Positions 1 through 9,900 of a DNA stretch of 31,574 bases are shown here, in pieces. How positions within the stretch are numbered: the stretch's first letter is position 1; every line of letters begins with the position of its first letter. Source of the DNA: a virus (lineage: Duplodnaviria > Caudoviricetes). The notes under the pieces are model-generated. The model was not told the origin of the DNA. It ran no database searches and was given only the letters and a program-made list of their open reading frames with translations. The position numbers and the translations under genes were made by a program. Location: positions 1 to 31,574 of the IMG/VR virus record IMGVR_UViG_3300048777_000037. One strand, 5' to 3'.

Positions 1-1226
1 GCGTTTTCAATTTCAGGCGGTTGATTCATACGATAGCGGGTTTTCTCGTCAAGATTCCTGATGGTTTTCCACACGTCGGAAGGCGTTGCCGAGGGATGAC
101 GCAAGTCAAGCAGCGGAGATGGTTCGCCTGAGGCTGGAAATTCCATCGGGCGCATCCGAGGATTGCGAGGTTGTGGGGATGGAACTAGTGGAATGTCCTC
201 AGTTGGCGGTGGAAGAGCCAACCTTCCCCGCGCACTAATCGCATCAGCCGCCTCACCGGGAGTAAATGGAATCCCTGCATCAGGTCCATAAATCGGACGC
301 GATGCTCCAGGGGCTTTTTTGAACATAGAAGCATGGATATTGTCAATCGTAGATTCTGGCAATCCTCCGATTCCTGGCCCATTCGCTACGCCTCTTGCGC
401 TGGAGATTGGGCGTTCGATGCTGTCAGCAAGGCTCCGTAAAGGTATCTGAGCTTGAGATGCTTCGATAGGTCCAGATATACGTTCACCGAAACTCGGGAG
501 CGCATTTTCCATTTTAAGCATTGTAGAACGTGGACTAAGGGAAGGTAGAACATCTGCATCATAAAGCCCACGCGCCGGATTGTGTCCGTGAGCATAAGAC
601 GACAAGCCTGAATCGACAGCAGAGTTTCCAATTTTTAAGCCAGTGCGCTCCATAATCGGCGCAACCTTTGAGGCTATCGACGAAAGAATCGGCTTAGCCG
701 TCGCGCCTCCGAGTTCTCCTGTTGCCCATGCCCCCGTACCTTGTCCGACCATGTGGGGAATCGCCAGTGCTGGACCTCTATCTTGGTAATCTTGCACAGC
801 GCTTTCAATCATCGGTCTCACAAGTTCTCTGCCAAACCCCTCTGGCGTACCTCCAGAATTTGCAAACGCCCCACCTAAAGACTTTATAACTCCTAGCCCA
901 GACTTCAGGGGATGCGAAACAAACGGCAAGACGTTCTCAGCAACACCGCGAGAAAACTCATCTGCGGCATTACGGACTGGACCCTGCCACTCCTCGCGGC
1001 GAGGATCGGGAGTAATGAGATTGTCAAGTGTGCGCTGGAACCCGTTGCGGTTATCTCCTGGGAGTGGTTCTCCTGTTGGAGTTCGATTGTTTGGATCGTA
1101 TGGATTTCCGCTATATTTAGGCGCAGAGCCTTGGGGCGCTGGCCCAACAATCTGATTTATTTCATCAGGTGTCGCGTCATCAGGGACCGTGATCGTGCGT
1201 CCGTCGGCTTGGATTGTGCGGGGCAT
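1..1226 (-). CDS. Large putative ejection/internal virion protein (partial, runs off the left edge; absent from the ORF track)
   Basis: Manual translation from ATG at 1226 (TAATG overlap with the upstream stop) gives MPRTIQADGRTITVPDDATPDEINQIV... with no stop to base 1. It follows the other ejection-like genes. Confidence 0.7.
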   Translation of the reverse strand, partial: MPRTIQADGRTITVPDDATPDEINQIVGPAPQGSAPKYSGNPYDPNNRTPTGEPLPGDNRNGFQRTLDNLITPDPRREEWQGPVRNAADEFSRGVAENVLPFVSHPLKSGLGVIKSLGGAFANSGGTPEGFGRELVRPMIESAVQDYQDRGPALAIPHMVGQGTGAWATGELGGATAKPILSSIASKVAPIMERTGLKIGNSAVDSGLSSYAHGHNPARGLYDADVLPSLSPRSTMLKMENALPSFGERISGPIEASQAQIPLRSLADSIERPISSARGVANGPGIGGLPESTIDNIHASMFKKAPGASRPIYGPDAGIPFTPGEAADAISARGRLALPPPTEDIPLVPSPQPRNPRMRPMEFPASGEPSPLLDLRHPSATPSDVWKTIRNLDEKTRYRMNQPPEIEN

Positions 1227-2662
1227 TATTGCTTCACCAGCTTTCCATCTTTACCGCGTGTCCATACTTCCGGCTGGCCACCTTGTGCTCCGCCCTGTGC
1301 TGGCTGGTTGCCGCCATGTCGCGTACTTCCCGCGTTAATCATTGGCGTTGCCCCGCTATCCACAATCCCGTCGATTGCCGCCTTGAGCGATTCTGGATTC
1401 TTTGGAATGCCGCCAATCATCTTGGCAAATTCTCTCATCGCGTCATGCGAACGCATCCCATGAAGCGCCGGTTGAAGCGCCGCGAATGAGGCAAGTTCCG
1501 TCATTGCCTTGGAAGCCATCGGGTCTGAAATTGGCGTATCATTCACAAACTTTTTCCAATAGCTGTCGAGATTTCCAAAAACCTGGGGGTTTGTGTCGAT
1601 GAACTTTTTAAGGCTATTGGCAGATTCGACAATGGCTCTCCCCTGATCCGCCCTGCCATGCGCAATAGATGACGGCTGATCCTGCTTTTCGGTAGCTTGC
1701 TGTTCGCGGAATTGCAAGCCCTGCCCAGCCAGTCCAAGCCGTCCTGCCGCCGTCTGTGCGTTCTGTTGCGCTGTCTGAATACGTTGCTGCGCCATTGCAA
1801 TCTGAGTCGGGATTCCGGAGATTTGAGCCTTCTTTAATTCAGCGGAAGCATTCGCCAATTCCTCTTGAGATGCCTTTAGATCGTGAACGGCCTGTTGTGG
1901 TTCGCTCATCCGCTCATAGGGAAGCGGTGCAATCTTCCCATCTTCGCCCATTGTGAATCCATGTTCGTTTAGGCTGGTTTCAATTTGCTGCTGATGGTGA
2001 TTCTCAACCTCGCTCTGCTTGTTTTGATTGAGAGCCATCTGAGCCTGTCTAAGCTGTGGCTGAATGTTGAGATTGCCCGTCTGCGCTTCTTTCTCTGCAT
2101 TAGCCGCATCCGCGTTTACCGCACCCTGCGCCTCGCCGATCTTTGCGTTGTGCTGCTCAGTCGTACCCGGCATGACCCGACCGATAGACGAGAGCGAATC
2201 GCCTAATACCGGCAAGCCCTTAAGCGACATGGCAAGGTCCGCCGCTGTAGCTGGAATCTGCCCCGCGATGCCCAAAAGTTTGCCGAGGCCCGGATGGTTC
2301 TGGCCCCAATCGCTGCTTGTGATCTTGTGATAGACGTTCTCCAGTCCAGGCTTACTATTTTGCAAATTGTAAAGCGTGGCCTCGTTCTTGGTTGGTCCAA
2401 CCACTTTTGGCTGCGGTGACGATGGGAGTGTTTGCTGTGATAATGGCGTATCTGGCAAAGAGAGCGTGATCGGCGGGGCAGTCGGACCCGCTGCCGAACT
2501 GGAGGGCATCATTGCCGGGGCAGGCGTACCAGCCGGAGCAACACCATCACGAATAGCAATCTGCTGCTGCAAAAGCGCACGAAGGCCAGGATGTGCAAGA
2601 ATCGGATTCTCTGTTTCCTGCTGCCCATTGTTGCCCGTGTTTTGGTCGATAGGTGCCAGCAT
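1226..2662 (-). CDS. Putative DNA ejection/pilot protein
   Basis: About 478 aa, Q/A/G-rich with helical coiled-coil segments. Downstream of the nozzle and GNAT genes as in podoviruses. SD AAGGCGG. Confidence 0.6.
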   Translation of the reverse strand: MLAPIDQNTGNNGQQETENPILAHPGLRALLQQQIAIRDGVAPAGTPAPAMMPSSSAAGPTAPPITLSLPDTPLSQQTLPSSPQPKVVGPTKNEATLYNLQNSKPGLENVYHKITSSDWGQNHPGLGKLLGIAGQIPATAADLAMSLKGLPVLGDSLSSIGRVMPGTTEQHNAKIGEAQGAVNADAANAEKEAQTGNLNIQPQLRQAQMALNQNKQSEVENHHQQQIETSLNEHGFTMGEDGKIAPLPYERMSEPQQAVHDLKASQEELANASAELKKAQISGIPTQIAMAQQRIQTAQQNAQTAAGRLGLAGQGLQFREQQATEKQDQPSSIAHGRADQGRAIVESANSLKKFIDTNPQVFGNLDSYWKKFVNDTPISDPMASKAMTELASFAALQPALHGMRSHDAMREFAKMIGGIPKNPESLKAAIDGIVDSGATPMINAGSTRHGGNQPAQGGAQGGQPEVWTRGKDGKLVKQ

Positions 2663-2910
2663 CACTGACCGCCTTTTTTTAGTAGTGTATCATTCAAAGC
2701 CTGCATACCTGCGTCTCCATAGGAAGTCCCCATAACTGGCGACATGCATGCGGATTGGATAGGATTTTGCGTGGCTGCTCCAGCATCCGCCGGTGTACCG
2801 GGGTGCCCTTTTGCGGTATCGACAAAATTAGAGACTCCGCCCGTCATTTGGCCGCTTATGCCGCCCGGAGGTTGCAGCGATTTTGGCGTACTTGGATAAA
2901 AGAATCCCAT
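2662..2910 (-). CDS. Small hypothetical virion-associated protein
   Basis: SD GGAGGA before MGFFYPS. Tightly packed in the operon. Confidence 0.55.
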   Translation of the reverse strand: MGFFYPSTPKSLQPPGGISGQMTGGVSNFVDTAKGHPGTPADAGAATQNPIQSACMSPVMGTSYGDAGMQALNDTLLKKGGQ

Positions 2911-2911
2911 A

Positions 2912-3541
2912 TCATCCTCCACGCCGCATTGATTCAATCAACGCCCTTTGAGATGGTGCGCCAAAGGGGTTATCCATCATTCCCGGCATGAGTGGCTGAG
3001 GCATTGCACTGTCTCCGCCGGGGAATGATGGAGATGGAGCTATCGGGTTTTCTACTTGCTCTCCCGGCTGATTGTTTGGAACTCCCCCGCCACCTTGTGC
3101 CCCTTTCATTAGGTCACTAGCCCCATTTTGCGCAGCTTTCACGCTTGGACGCTGCATAAAAGCATCGGCCTTATCTAAAAGAGAGGGTGCTTTTGTGCTT
3201 GCATCTATGACGTTGTTTCCAGCAGCAGTTTTGAATGATCCCTGCCCTCCAGCCATTAAGCCAGGTCCAGGACTAGACCCTGCCATTGGAGGCTCTATTG
3301 GTGGAAGTGAGCCGACACTTCCCGCCGCAGGCATTGCCGCCCCACTATCTGATGCTGCACTACCACCACCTATTCCCAATTTAGAGCCAACCGCTTGAGC
3401 GCCATGCTCGATTCCATGACCGGCGGCTTCTGCGCCATGAGCAACCGCTTCACCGGCAACCGCAGCGCCATGTCCAACCGCCGCACCCGCCGCCGCTGCG
3501 CCGTGCGCTAACGCCATAATCGCTGGAATGAAAAACGCCAT
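2912..3541 (-). CDS. Gly/Ala-rich putative ejection protein
   Basis: SD AAGGGAG before MAFFIPAIMALAHGAAAAGAAVG. The hydrophobic G/A-rich N-terminus is typical of small ejection proteins. Confidence 0.6.
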   Translation of the reverse strand: MAFFIPAIMALAHGAAAAGAAVGHGAAVAGEAVAHGAEAAGHGIEHGAQAVGSKLGIGGGSAASDSGAAMPAAGSVGSLPPIEPPMAGSSPGPGLMAGGQGSFKTAAGNNVIDASTKAPSLLDKADAFMQRPSVKAAQNGASDLMKGAQGGGGVPNNQPGEQVENPIAPSPSFPGGDSAMPQPLMPGMMDNPFGAPSQRALIESMRRGG

Positions 3542-3551
3542 GCTTTCTCCC

Positions 3552-4049
3552 TTAGAAAATCTTGCTCCAGATCGACTTCGTGTTTTCCTCGTTTTCGAGG
3601 GCATTGTTTGAGGCGTTGAGGTTCGAGGCAGCAGCGTTCAAATTAGAAGAATACAATCCTCCAAGGCCTTGAATCCCTTGCTGCTGTTTTTGGTTGGCAA
3701 GGTTTGCATTTGCCATCTCTGTGCCGACAGCCGCTTTAGAAAGATTTTCCCCAGCGCCACGGTTTGCAGAGCCGATAGCGTTTTGCGCCGCTCCAGCATT
3801 CTTGGTACGCGCAGCATATAGCCCACCCTGCCCCACAGCGCCCGATTCTGAGCCTCCCGCGCTCTGTTGGGCCGCAGTGTTCATCTGGGCCTTCTGCATG
3901 GGCGTATAGCCGGAAGGATGGGACGCTTCGGCCTGTAGCGTAGGCTCCAGACCGCCGTAGATGTTAGAGGCGTTGGCGTTCTCGGTATTTGACGCTGCTT
4001 GAGCCGCCCCCGAATTGTTGAATAATTGAGTTGATGCGCCTTTTCCCAC
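3552..4049 (-). CDS. Putative small ejection (pilot) protein
   Basis: 165 aa, MGKG start, A/N/Q/G-rich low-complexity helix. Follows the GNAT-like gene. Confidence 0.6.
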   Translation of the reverse strand: MGKGASTQLFNNSGAAQAASNTENANASNIYGGLEPTLQAEASHPSGYTPMQKAQMNTAAQQSAGGSESGAVGQGGLYAARTKNAGAAQNAIGSANRGAGENLSKAAVGTEMANANLANQKQQQGIQGLGGLYSSNLNAAASNLNASNNALENEENTKSIWSKIF

Positions 4050-4454
4050 TTATGGCCCCCAATCCCTAATCGTGAAACTAGGCCAGTTTTTGACCCATCC
4101 AAATATCCGAACGAGATGTCTACCGTGCGACTTCTCAATCTGCGGAGGCAGAAAAGCGTTTGCCTCGGTAAATCCGTTAGGTACTATCTTATCCCGAATC
4201 GAATCATGGAGCATTTTTATCGCTTGCATCTTTACCAGCGGGTGTACGGGACCGCCTGGTGCACAAAACAGCACGACTTCGGCAACCCGCTTCGCCATGG
4301 CTCCCATGATCGGCACATCATCGTCTCCCACAACCACATCAGCCGCTTCAACCGAAAGCGAGTCCAGCGCCGGGAAGGGATAGTCGTATCCTGCCGCCGC
4401 ATGGATGGCTTTGATAGCCGGAATGTCTCTCTCTTCCATCGGGCGCACTCTCAT
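4050..4454 (-). CDS. GNAT-fold-like virion assembly protein (positional analogue of T7 gp13)
   Basis: N-terminus MRVRPMEERDIPAIKAIH resembles the GNAT first strand and helix. Lies between tail and ejection genes. Confidence 0.55.
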   Translation of the reverse strand: MRVRPMEERDIPAIKAIHAAAGYDYPFPALDSLSVEAADVVVGDDDVPIMGAMAKRVAEVVLFCAPGGPVHPLVKMQAIKMLHDSIRDKIVPNGFTEANAFLPPQIEKSHGRHLVRIFGWVKNWPSFTIRDWGP

Positions 4455-4996
4455 TTTCCACCTCTGTCCGGCGGCTTGCTCCCGCGATATGGTCCGCCAA
4501 ACCCCGGCGGCTGACTAGCGCGAGTTGTGCCTGCACCTTGAGAAGGAAGCAGTGATGTAGAGCCACCTCCTCCGGTCACAGTCTTGGAATAGCGAACCGC
4601 GCTCGAAGATAAACCGCTCGGATAGGTAGTGCGAACCTGATAACTTGCCTTCAAATTTCCTACAGGCAGAATCCCGTTTCTCGAAGCCCCTACATCGTAG
4701 GTATGTATCACCTTTCCAGCCGTCGCATCAATCCGGTATGTCGCACCTTTGTAGAAATCAGCATTATGCGTAATCGAGAATTGAACTCCTTGAGGATGTG
4801 CAACTACCTTCAAAGCATCAGGCGCAGGCGGAGCGGCTGGCGTTCCGTGCAGATTGCTGTTCGTCTGCGTTTCCAGTGTATTCACGCCAGAGATGATGTC
4901 CTTCACCATCTCGTGTAGTCTTGCACCTGCATCGGCAGGCAAAGTGTCCCCTTTGAGATTGCGAAGCCATCCGAGATTACGCACCTGTAGAGGCAT
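4451..4996 (-). CDS. Hypothetical tail-associated protein (FN3/Ig-like beta region)
   Basis: 181 aa, overlapping start/stop with both neighbours. PAAPPAP linker followed by a beta-rich segment ending YQVR...SGLSS. Confidence 0.55.
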   Translation of the reverse strand: MPLQVRNLGWLRNLKGDTLPADAGARLHEMVKDIISGVNTLETQTNSNLHGTPAAPPAPDALKVVAHPQGVQFSITHNADFYKGATYRIDATAGKVIHTYDVGASRNGILPVGNLKASYQVRTTYPSGLSSSAVRYSKTVTGGGGSTSLLPSQGAGTTRASQPPGFGGPYRGSKPPDRGGK

Positions 4997-7900
4997 TATT
5001 TATTCGCCCCCGACATGATGAGTTTGGCATCCCGCAGGAACGCGGTTAGCCGTGACATGACAAAACTATTATCCGTCCCGGTGATCGGAGAACTGCTGAT
5101 CTTGATTGCGATTCTTTCCCCAGTACACATCCCGCCGCCAAACTGTCTGTCCTTGTAGAACCTCGGCGTTAATACCCGCGTCGTGCTGAGAGGCCATTTA
5201 TTCGTCAGATCATCAGGATAATAAGTCGCCGTCACCTGTGAATTAAGGTCGCCTGGTTGCGGCTGAATATACGCCATCAAGTAGGCCAAAAGTAGCCGTT
5301 GCCCTTTGAGTTGCAACGCCGTAGCTTTCTCAGGGTCAACGAAAAAGTACGTTGTGTAGTATGGGTAGATCTGACCAAAATCATCGTCTGTGAATTTAGA
5401 AGAATTCAGTATGTAGACATTTCCATACCCAGCCGCCGATCCGAGTGTTAGCCCGTTGCCGCCTCCTATAACCAACGATAGAGCACCAGTCGTGCGGTAC
5501 ATTCGCGCCGCGCAATTTGCCTGGATATTCCACGGTGCCCACTTGCGGGAATTGTCCGTTGCGATCAGTTTTCCCGAAAACGAAGGATGGAACGGAGGGC
5601 TATTCGCGATAGATTGCGCACTACCAAGATTACGGTAGTTGAGAACATAAATTCTGTTCGGGGCAGTTGCCATCCCTATCGGCAAGCCAAACATTAACAG
5701 ACGTTGCACGGGGTCATTCACCCCCCAAACTGTAAGCGCCGCCGCCATATTGATTTCCGGATGGAGATTTGGCCGCCAAGTGTCTGTCCGTGTCGGATCG
5801 TACCAGTTCGGCTGAATCTCTTGGCTGATCTTTTCTACCTGGCCGCCGCCAAAGATGATCGCGCCGCCCTCAGAGGGCCATGCCATCCATTCATCGCCGC
5901 CGGAAGCTGCCGTATCATCCGCCTGTGAGTGCGTAAGTCCAAAAGCCGAGAGAACGCCGCAGTTAGCCGCAACTTCGTCTATCTCCCAGCCGGAAGGTTC
6001 ATTCGTTGCGCTGCCGCTGGTTTCATGGAGTCGTCCTGTAGGAGCTTGAGTAAGCAGATAAAGCGAGCTATGCAGAACTCCCATGTCCATCAGTTTTGAT
6101 GGATCATCCGCGCCGAACTCTCCCGTTGTGCCGTCGAAACCCTCTGGATTGTTGAAGTAACTCGCATTGGCAAGCTGGTCAGTGTAGGGTGTTTCTGTTG
6201 GGATTGCTAATAGTTCGTCAATTGTCAAAGTATACGCAATTCCAGTTACAGAGTTGGCAACACTGAAAATTAAGTCGCTAGGGATATTGAGTGGAGTTGC
6301 AGCCGAAAAAGTTGCCTCAAGAAATGAGCCATTCGTATTCGTGGCGCTATTCAAGATTGTCGCGGTTGCGCTGAAACTGGTAGATGCGCTGCTCAACGTG
6401 GCAATAAAATTAGGGCCACCCGCCCCAACAAAGGATGGCTGGATCCAGACGCGAATCTTATAAGTCAAATTTCCAGTAAAGATCGGATCGCCGTAGCAGT
6501 CCTGATAGGCCGACTGAGAAAGCGTTGTGGCAATGCTTGTGTTGTAAAACTTCCACTGCCCGCCAGCAGGACGGCCCGCTAATGCAAGCACTGTGCCGCC
6601 ATTCCCGGTCAGCGTCCACCCCTGCGGAATGGTGACATTGGATATGTCAGCATCAAAGCCCATATTGAGAAGATTATGGATGTTATTGCGCTGGCCCCAC
6701 GTTGTCAGCCGCGAGAGATACGCGCCGAATCCGAGCGCCCCATCAAGTACGATCTGGTTAACGATATTGTTCCCAGCGATACTTACACCCGTTGCCGCAT
6801 AGAGCGTATCATCCGAGAAATCAAGCAACACGGAAGTTGTTGTGTTGTCATCTATCTGCGTTGCCGTGCCAACAATCTTCCCCTCAAGCATCGGAGTAAC
6901 GGGGATATAGAAGAATGGCGGCAACTCGCCCGGTACGTCAGGCTGTGCTCCTGTGAAGATCAGGATGCGCCCAATCCAGTTTGATGGGCCGGGTAGAATG
7001 TTTGTCACACTTGGATATTGCCCACCGTTGGAAATGAACGTAGAAAATGGGCCAGGGGCGGTTATCGCACCCTGCCGCGTGATTCCGCACATAGCGACAA
7101 GATGTAGACCGGCTCCAAGTTGGCCGAATGGCGTAACCGTTCCTGTTACTTCGGTAGTAGTCCCGCTCGGCCCTTCGTTCTGGCAAATAAAACTTGTGGC
7201 CGATGGTATTTGTGTGACATAGAATGTTCCATCCCACGGGAAACCTACTGTGCCACTGCTCCATGTTCCATCGCAATATGTAACCTGCACTTGGAAGGTC
7301 GTAGGAGTTGGGCAAGCCTGGACCTCGAAATAGGTAGGCATCATCGTTTGATCTGGCACCGGCCATGTAATCGACACAGAAAGCCCAGTTGCAGTTACCG
7401 ACGATGTACCGAGACTCGAACTAAACTGATCGTAACTAATCTGATTAGGAGCGGGAACGGTGTTGACCGTGAATGAGCCGACAAAGATGTTTGTCGGGGT
7501 TCCGCTATCTGTTACCGAAACGACTGCTCCCGGCACAAGTCCGTGAACTCCGCTCCCTAAAGTAAGCGTTACATTCGTCCCATTCCAGAGAGCAGACCAT
7601 CCACTCGCTGCGCCGACAAGGGAGGGCTGTACGCCCGTGATCGTCACATCCTCCATCGGCGCTAGACCGTGCGCCGTCGAGGTCGTAACTGTTGCAAGTC
7701 CGGCGTTGTCCTCATTGTTGATAACGATGGAGGTGATGGCCGTGCCTACCGTAAGGCTTCCATTGCCCTGCAACTGGGCTTGATAGCCTACTTTTAAGCC
7801 ATGCGCCGTTGCAGTATTCACCGTTAAAAGATTACCGCCACGCAACAGGCTCGCTCCTCCCGATAGAAATGTTGCCGTCCCGCCTGTGCCGGTCTCGTAG

Positions 7901-8676
7901 GTGTAATACTGTCCTGTAGAAATTGTGAAAGTTGTGAAATCTGGAGAAATATAGTCAATTACGCCAGGATAGGTTGGCGTGAATGAGAGATTGAATATGC
8001 TATTGGTATTCCCAGAGATTGTTAATGCTTGCCCGATTGCCAAAGACGTATCTGGCGCGGCGAGAATGATCTGAATTGAATGATAAATGCCGCCATATAA
8101 ATTGATTGTTGTGATGCTGGCTATGGTATCTGTTCTGGCTGGCCCTTGTGCGACATTGACAACCGGCATCGAAACCATTGTAACTTGAGGAGCAACACCC
8201 GGCCCATCCTGCGTTACCCGATCAAGATAGGAGCCATCCCATTGCAAGGGAACTTCCGCGCCGTGCAGCCCGTCAGAAATTGCTATGTAGACGCGGCCAA
8301 ACGTGCCGGTGAACTTCGCATAGCTTCCCGGCGTGGATTGGAACAGTTGTGTGTACGCGCCCGGTGTGATGCTGAAGTACTCAATCCAGAGAATCCCGTT
8401 GGAGTCAAAATAGAGATTCTGAATCTGGCCTGTGGGCAACGTGTAACTGTACATCCCGACGATTGTCGGCACGTAGTCATTCGGCCCCCCAGCGGCGAAA
8501 GGAGAGACCAAACACCGCTGGAGAGCAGGCCGCGACCCGACGGAGCCGGGAGCGAACGCCACATCGCCACAGTCCGGCGAAATGTTTTCAGGAACCGCGT
8601 TGGGCGAGACTTCCGTAACCCATGACCCGTAGACGGTCAAAGGGACAGGAACCGCGCCCGTAGCGTTGATTCCCAT
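4996..8676 (-). CDS. Tail tubular/nozzle protein (P22 gp10/T7 gp12-like) with inserted repeated beta domains
   Basis: 1226 aa, beta-rich. N-terminal 'PNAVPENISPDCGDV' and C-terminal 'GERIAIKISS' resemble nozzle proteins. Lies after the adaptor. Confidence 0.6.
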   Translation of the reverse strand: MGINATGAVPVPLTVYGSWVTEVSPNAVPENISPDCGDVAFAPGSVGSRPALQRCLVSPFAAGGPNDYVPTIVGMYSYTLPTGQIQNLYFDSNGILWIEYFSITPGAYTQLFQSTPGSYAKFTGTFGRVYIAISDGLHGAEVPLQWDGSYLDRVTQDGPGVAPQVTMVSMPVVNVAQGPARTDTIASITTINLYGGIYHSIQIILAAPDTSLAIGQALTISGNTNSIFNLSFTPTYPGVIDYISPDFTTFTISTGQYYTYETGTGGTATFLSGGASLLRGGNLLTVNTATAHGLKVGYQAQLQGNGSLTVGTAITSIVINNEDNAGLATVTTSTAHGLAPMEDVTITGVQPSLVGAASGWSALWNGTNVTLTLGSGVHGLVPGAVVSVTDSGTPTNIFVGSFTVNTVPAPNQISYDQFSSSLGTSSVTATGLSVSITWPVPDQTMMPTYFEVQACPTPTTFQVQVTYCDGTWSSGTVGFPWDGTFYVTQIPSATSFICQNEGPSGTTTEVTGTVTPFGQLGAGLHLVAMCGITRQGAITAPGPFSTFISNGGQYPSVTNILPGPSNWIGRILIFTGAQPDVPGELPPFFYIPVTPMLEGKIVGTATQIDDNTTTSVLLDFSDDTLYAATGVSIAGNNIVNQIVLDGALGFGAYLSRLTTWGQRNNIHNLLNMGFDADISNVTIPQGWTLTGNGGTVLALAGRPAGGQWKFYNTSIATTLSQSAYQDCYGDPIFTGNLTYKIRVWIQPSFVGAGGPNFIATLSSASTSFSATATILNSATNTNGSFLEATFSAATPLNIPSDLIFSVANSVTGIAYTLTIDELLAIPTETPYTDQLANASYFNNPEGFDGTTGEFGADDPSKLMDMGVLHSSLYLLTQAPTGRLHETSGSATNEPSGWEIDEVAANCGVLSAFGLTHSQADDTAASGGDEWMAWPSEGGAIIFGGGQVEKISQEIQPNWYDPTRTDTWRPNLHPEINMAAALTVWGVNDPVQRLLMFGLPIGMATAPNRIYVLNYRNLGSAQSIANSPPFHPSFSGKLIATDNSRKWAPWNIQANCAARMYRTTGALSLVIGGGNGLTLGSAAGYGNVYILNSSKFTDDDFGQIYPYYTTYFFVDPEKATALQLKGQRLLLAYLMAYIQPQPGDLNSQVTATYYPDDLTNKWPLSTTRVLTPRFYKDRQFGGGMCTGERIAIKISSSPITGTDNSFVMSRLTAFLRDAKLIMSGANK

Positions 8677-8679
8677 AGA

Positions 8680-9081
8680 TTATTGCCCCTGCGGGAACCA
8701 TGCTCTAAACTTCCACACTGCCGCCGCAAGAGGAGCATTTGTAGAATATGCCTGACCTTGCGTGTACTCTGTGCCGAATGAAGTGGCAAAGCTCACTACC
8801 CCGTTTGCAATCGTTGTGCCAGGGCAAAAGACAGCGTTCAAAAATGAAGGCTGTGTACCCGCAGGCGGTTGCTCATAAATCTCCACCTTCAACGGAACCT
8901 TCTGCGAGAGCAAGCCGAAGATGTTGGCAAAGCTCAGGGTATCGCCGTGGGTTGCCGCGCCGCCATAATTCCCGGAAAGCGTTAGCGTGCCTTGATAAAT
9001 CTGCTCACGTTCGGTTACGTCGGGAACTCCAAGGACATTCGCCCCGGTCCCGCCGCCGTCCAACGTCACTTTGATTGACAT
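8680..9081 (-). CDS. Small beta-rich structural protein
   Basis: 133 aa, SD AAGGAG, within the structural operon. Confidence 0.6.
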   Translation of the reverse strand: MSIKVTLDGGGTGANVLGVPDVTEREQIYQGTLTLSGNYGGAATHGDTLSFANIFGLLSQKVPLKVEIYEQPPAGTQPSFLNAVFCPGTTIANGVVSFATSFGTEYTQGQAYSTNAPLAAAVWKFRAWFPQGQ

Positions 9082-9090
9082 AGTTCTCCT

Positions 9091-9900
9091 TTACCAAACC
9101 TGCATTCCATACCCGTCGCCGCGCCTTCCGCAGAAAGGTTGACGCTGAGTCGGAACGCGCTGTTTTTGTGAGACTTCAATGTTGTAAATTTGCCGAGCGG
9201 CCTGTTCCGCCAGAGCCTTGAATCCGCCAGCCGGAGTGTTTCTTGCGCCGTCAACCTCATCCGCAATGAAAAGCGCAAGGGCTGTTTTCGCCCGCATGAT
9301 AGGGACCGGACGAGCAGACCAGAGAATCGACCCGTCTGTGGAAGTTACAAAATCTGGTAGATAAATCGCCAGTTCCATCCGCAAATCCATAGAGTAGATC
9401 GAACCTGGCATATACAGCGTGTTGTTTTCCCATAGCCACCAGCCGTTATAAACGCCCTTGCGAGTCTCTGGCAGCGAGTCTTTTGCCATCTGCATATGAG
9501 AGAACCGCGACTGCGTTCCGGTGATCCTCTCGCTGACCTTCAACGGAAGTATCACGTTTTGAGGAAGCACGGCCACATATGGAGGCGCGTAATTTGTGCC
9601 GCTTGCGTTGACGAATTGGCTCCAATTGAGGCTTGTCCAAAGCGCCGGATCAGTCGAGTCCACCACGGGATACCCAACACCGATAAATGGCATTTTGAAC
9701 GCGGAGTATCCGAGCGTGGCCAGAAAGAATTGCAACTCTCTCCAGCCAGCGTTCGTGTATTCCTGCATGAAGGGCTGCGCGTCGATGAGAATATCTCCCG
9801 CCAGTGAACCGATAGTGTCCAGCATTTTGCTTCTGACGAGATTTAAAACGCTGTCCACAGAATCATAGGGGGCAGTAGGACTAGGAGGAGGTATGGGCAT
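9091..9900 (-). CDS. Putative head-tail adaptor/tail tubular protein A
   Basis: 269 aa with helix-beta-helix layout (VLNLVRSKM...ALALFIADE...ALAEQAARQI), SD AGGAGG. Between capsid and nozzle. Confidence 0.55.
   Translation of the reverse strand: MPIPPPSPTAPYDSVDSVLNLVRSKMLDTIGSLAGDILIDAQPFMQEYTNAGWRELQFFLATLGYSAFKMPFIGVGYPVVDSTDPALWTSLNWSQFVNASGTNYAPPYVAVLPQNVILPLKVSERITGTQSRFSHMQMAKDSLPETRKGVYNGWWLWENNTLYMPGSIYSMDLRMELAIYLPDFVTSTDGSILWSARPVPIMRAKTALALFIADEVDGARNTPAGGFKALAEQAARQIYNIEVSQKQRVPTQRQPFCGRRGDGYGMQVW

Noticed and set aside
185-1463. Short ORFs of the track at the left edge
   Set aside because: They are shadows of the long minus-strand frame 1226 to <1 and of 1226-2662.
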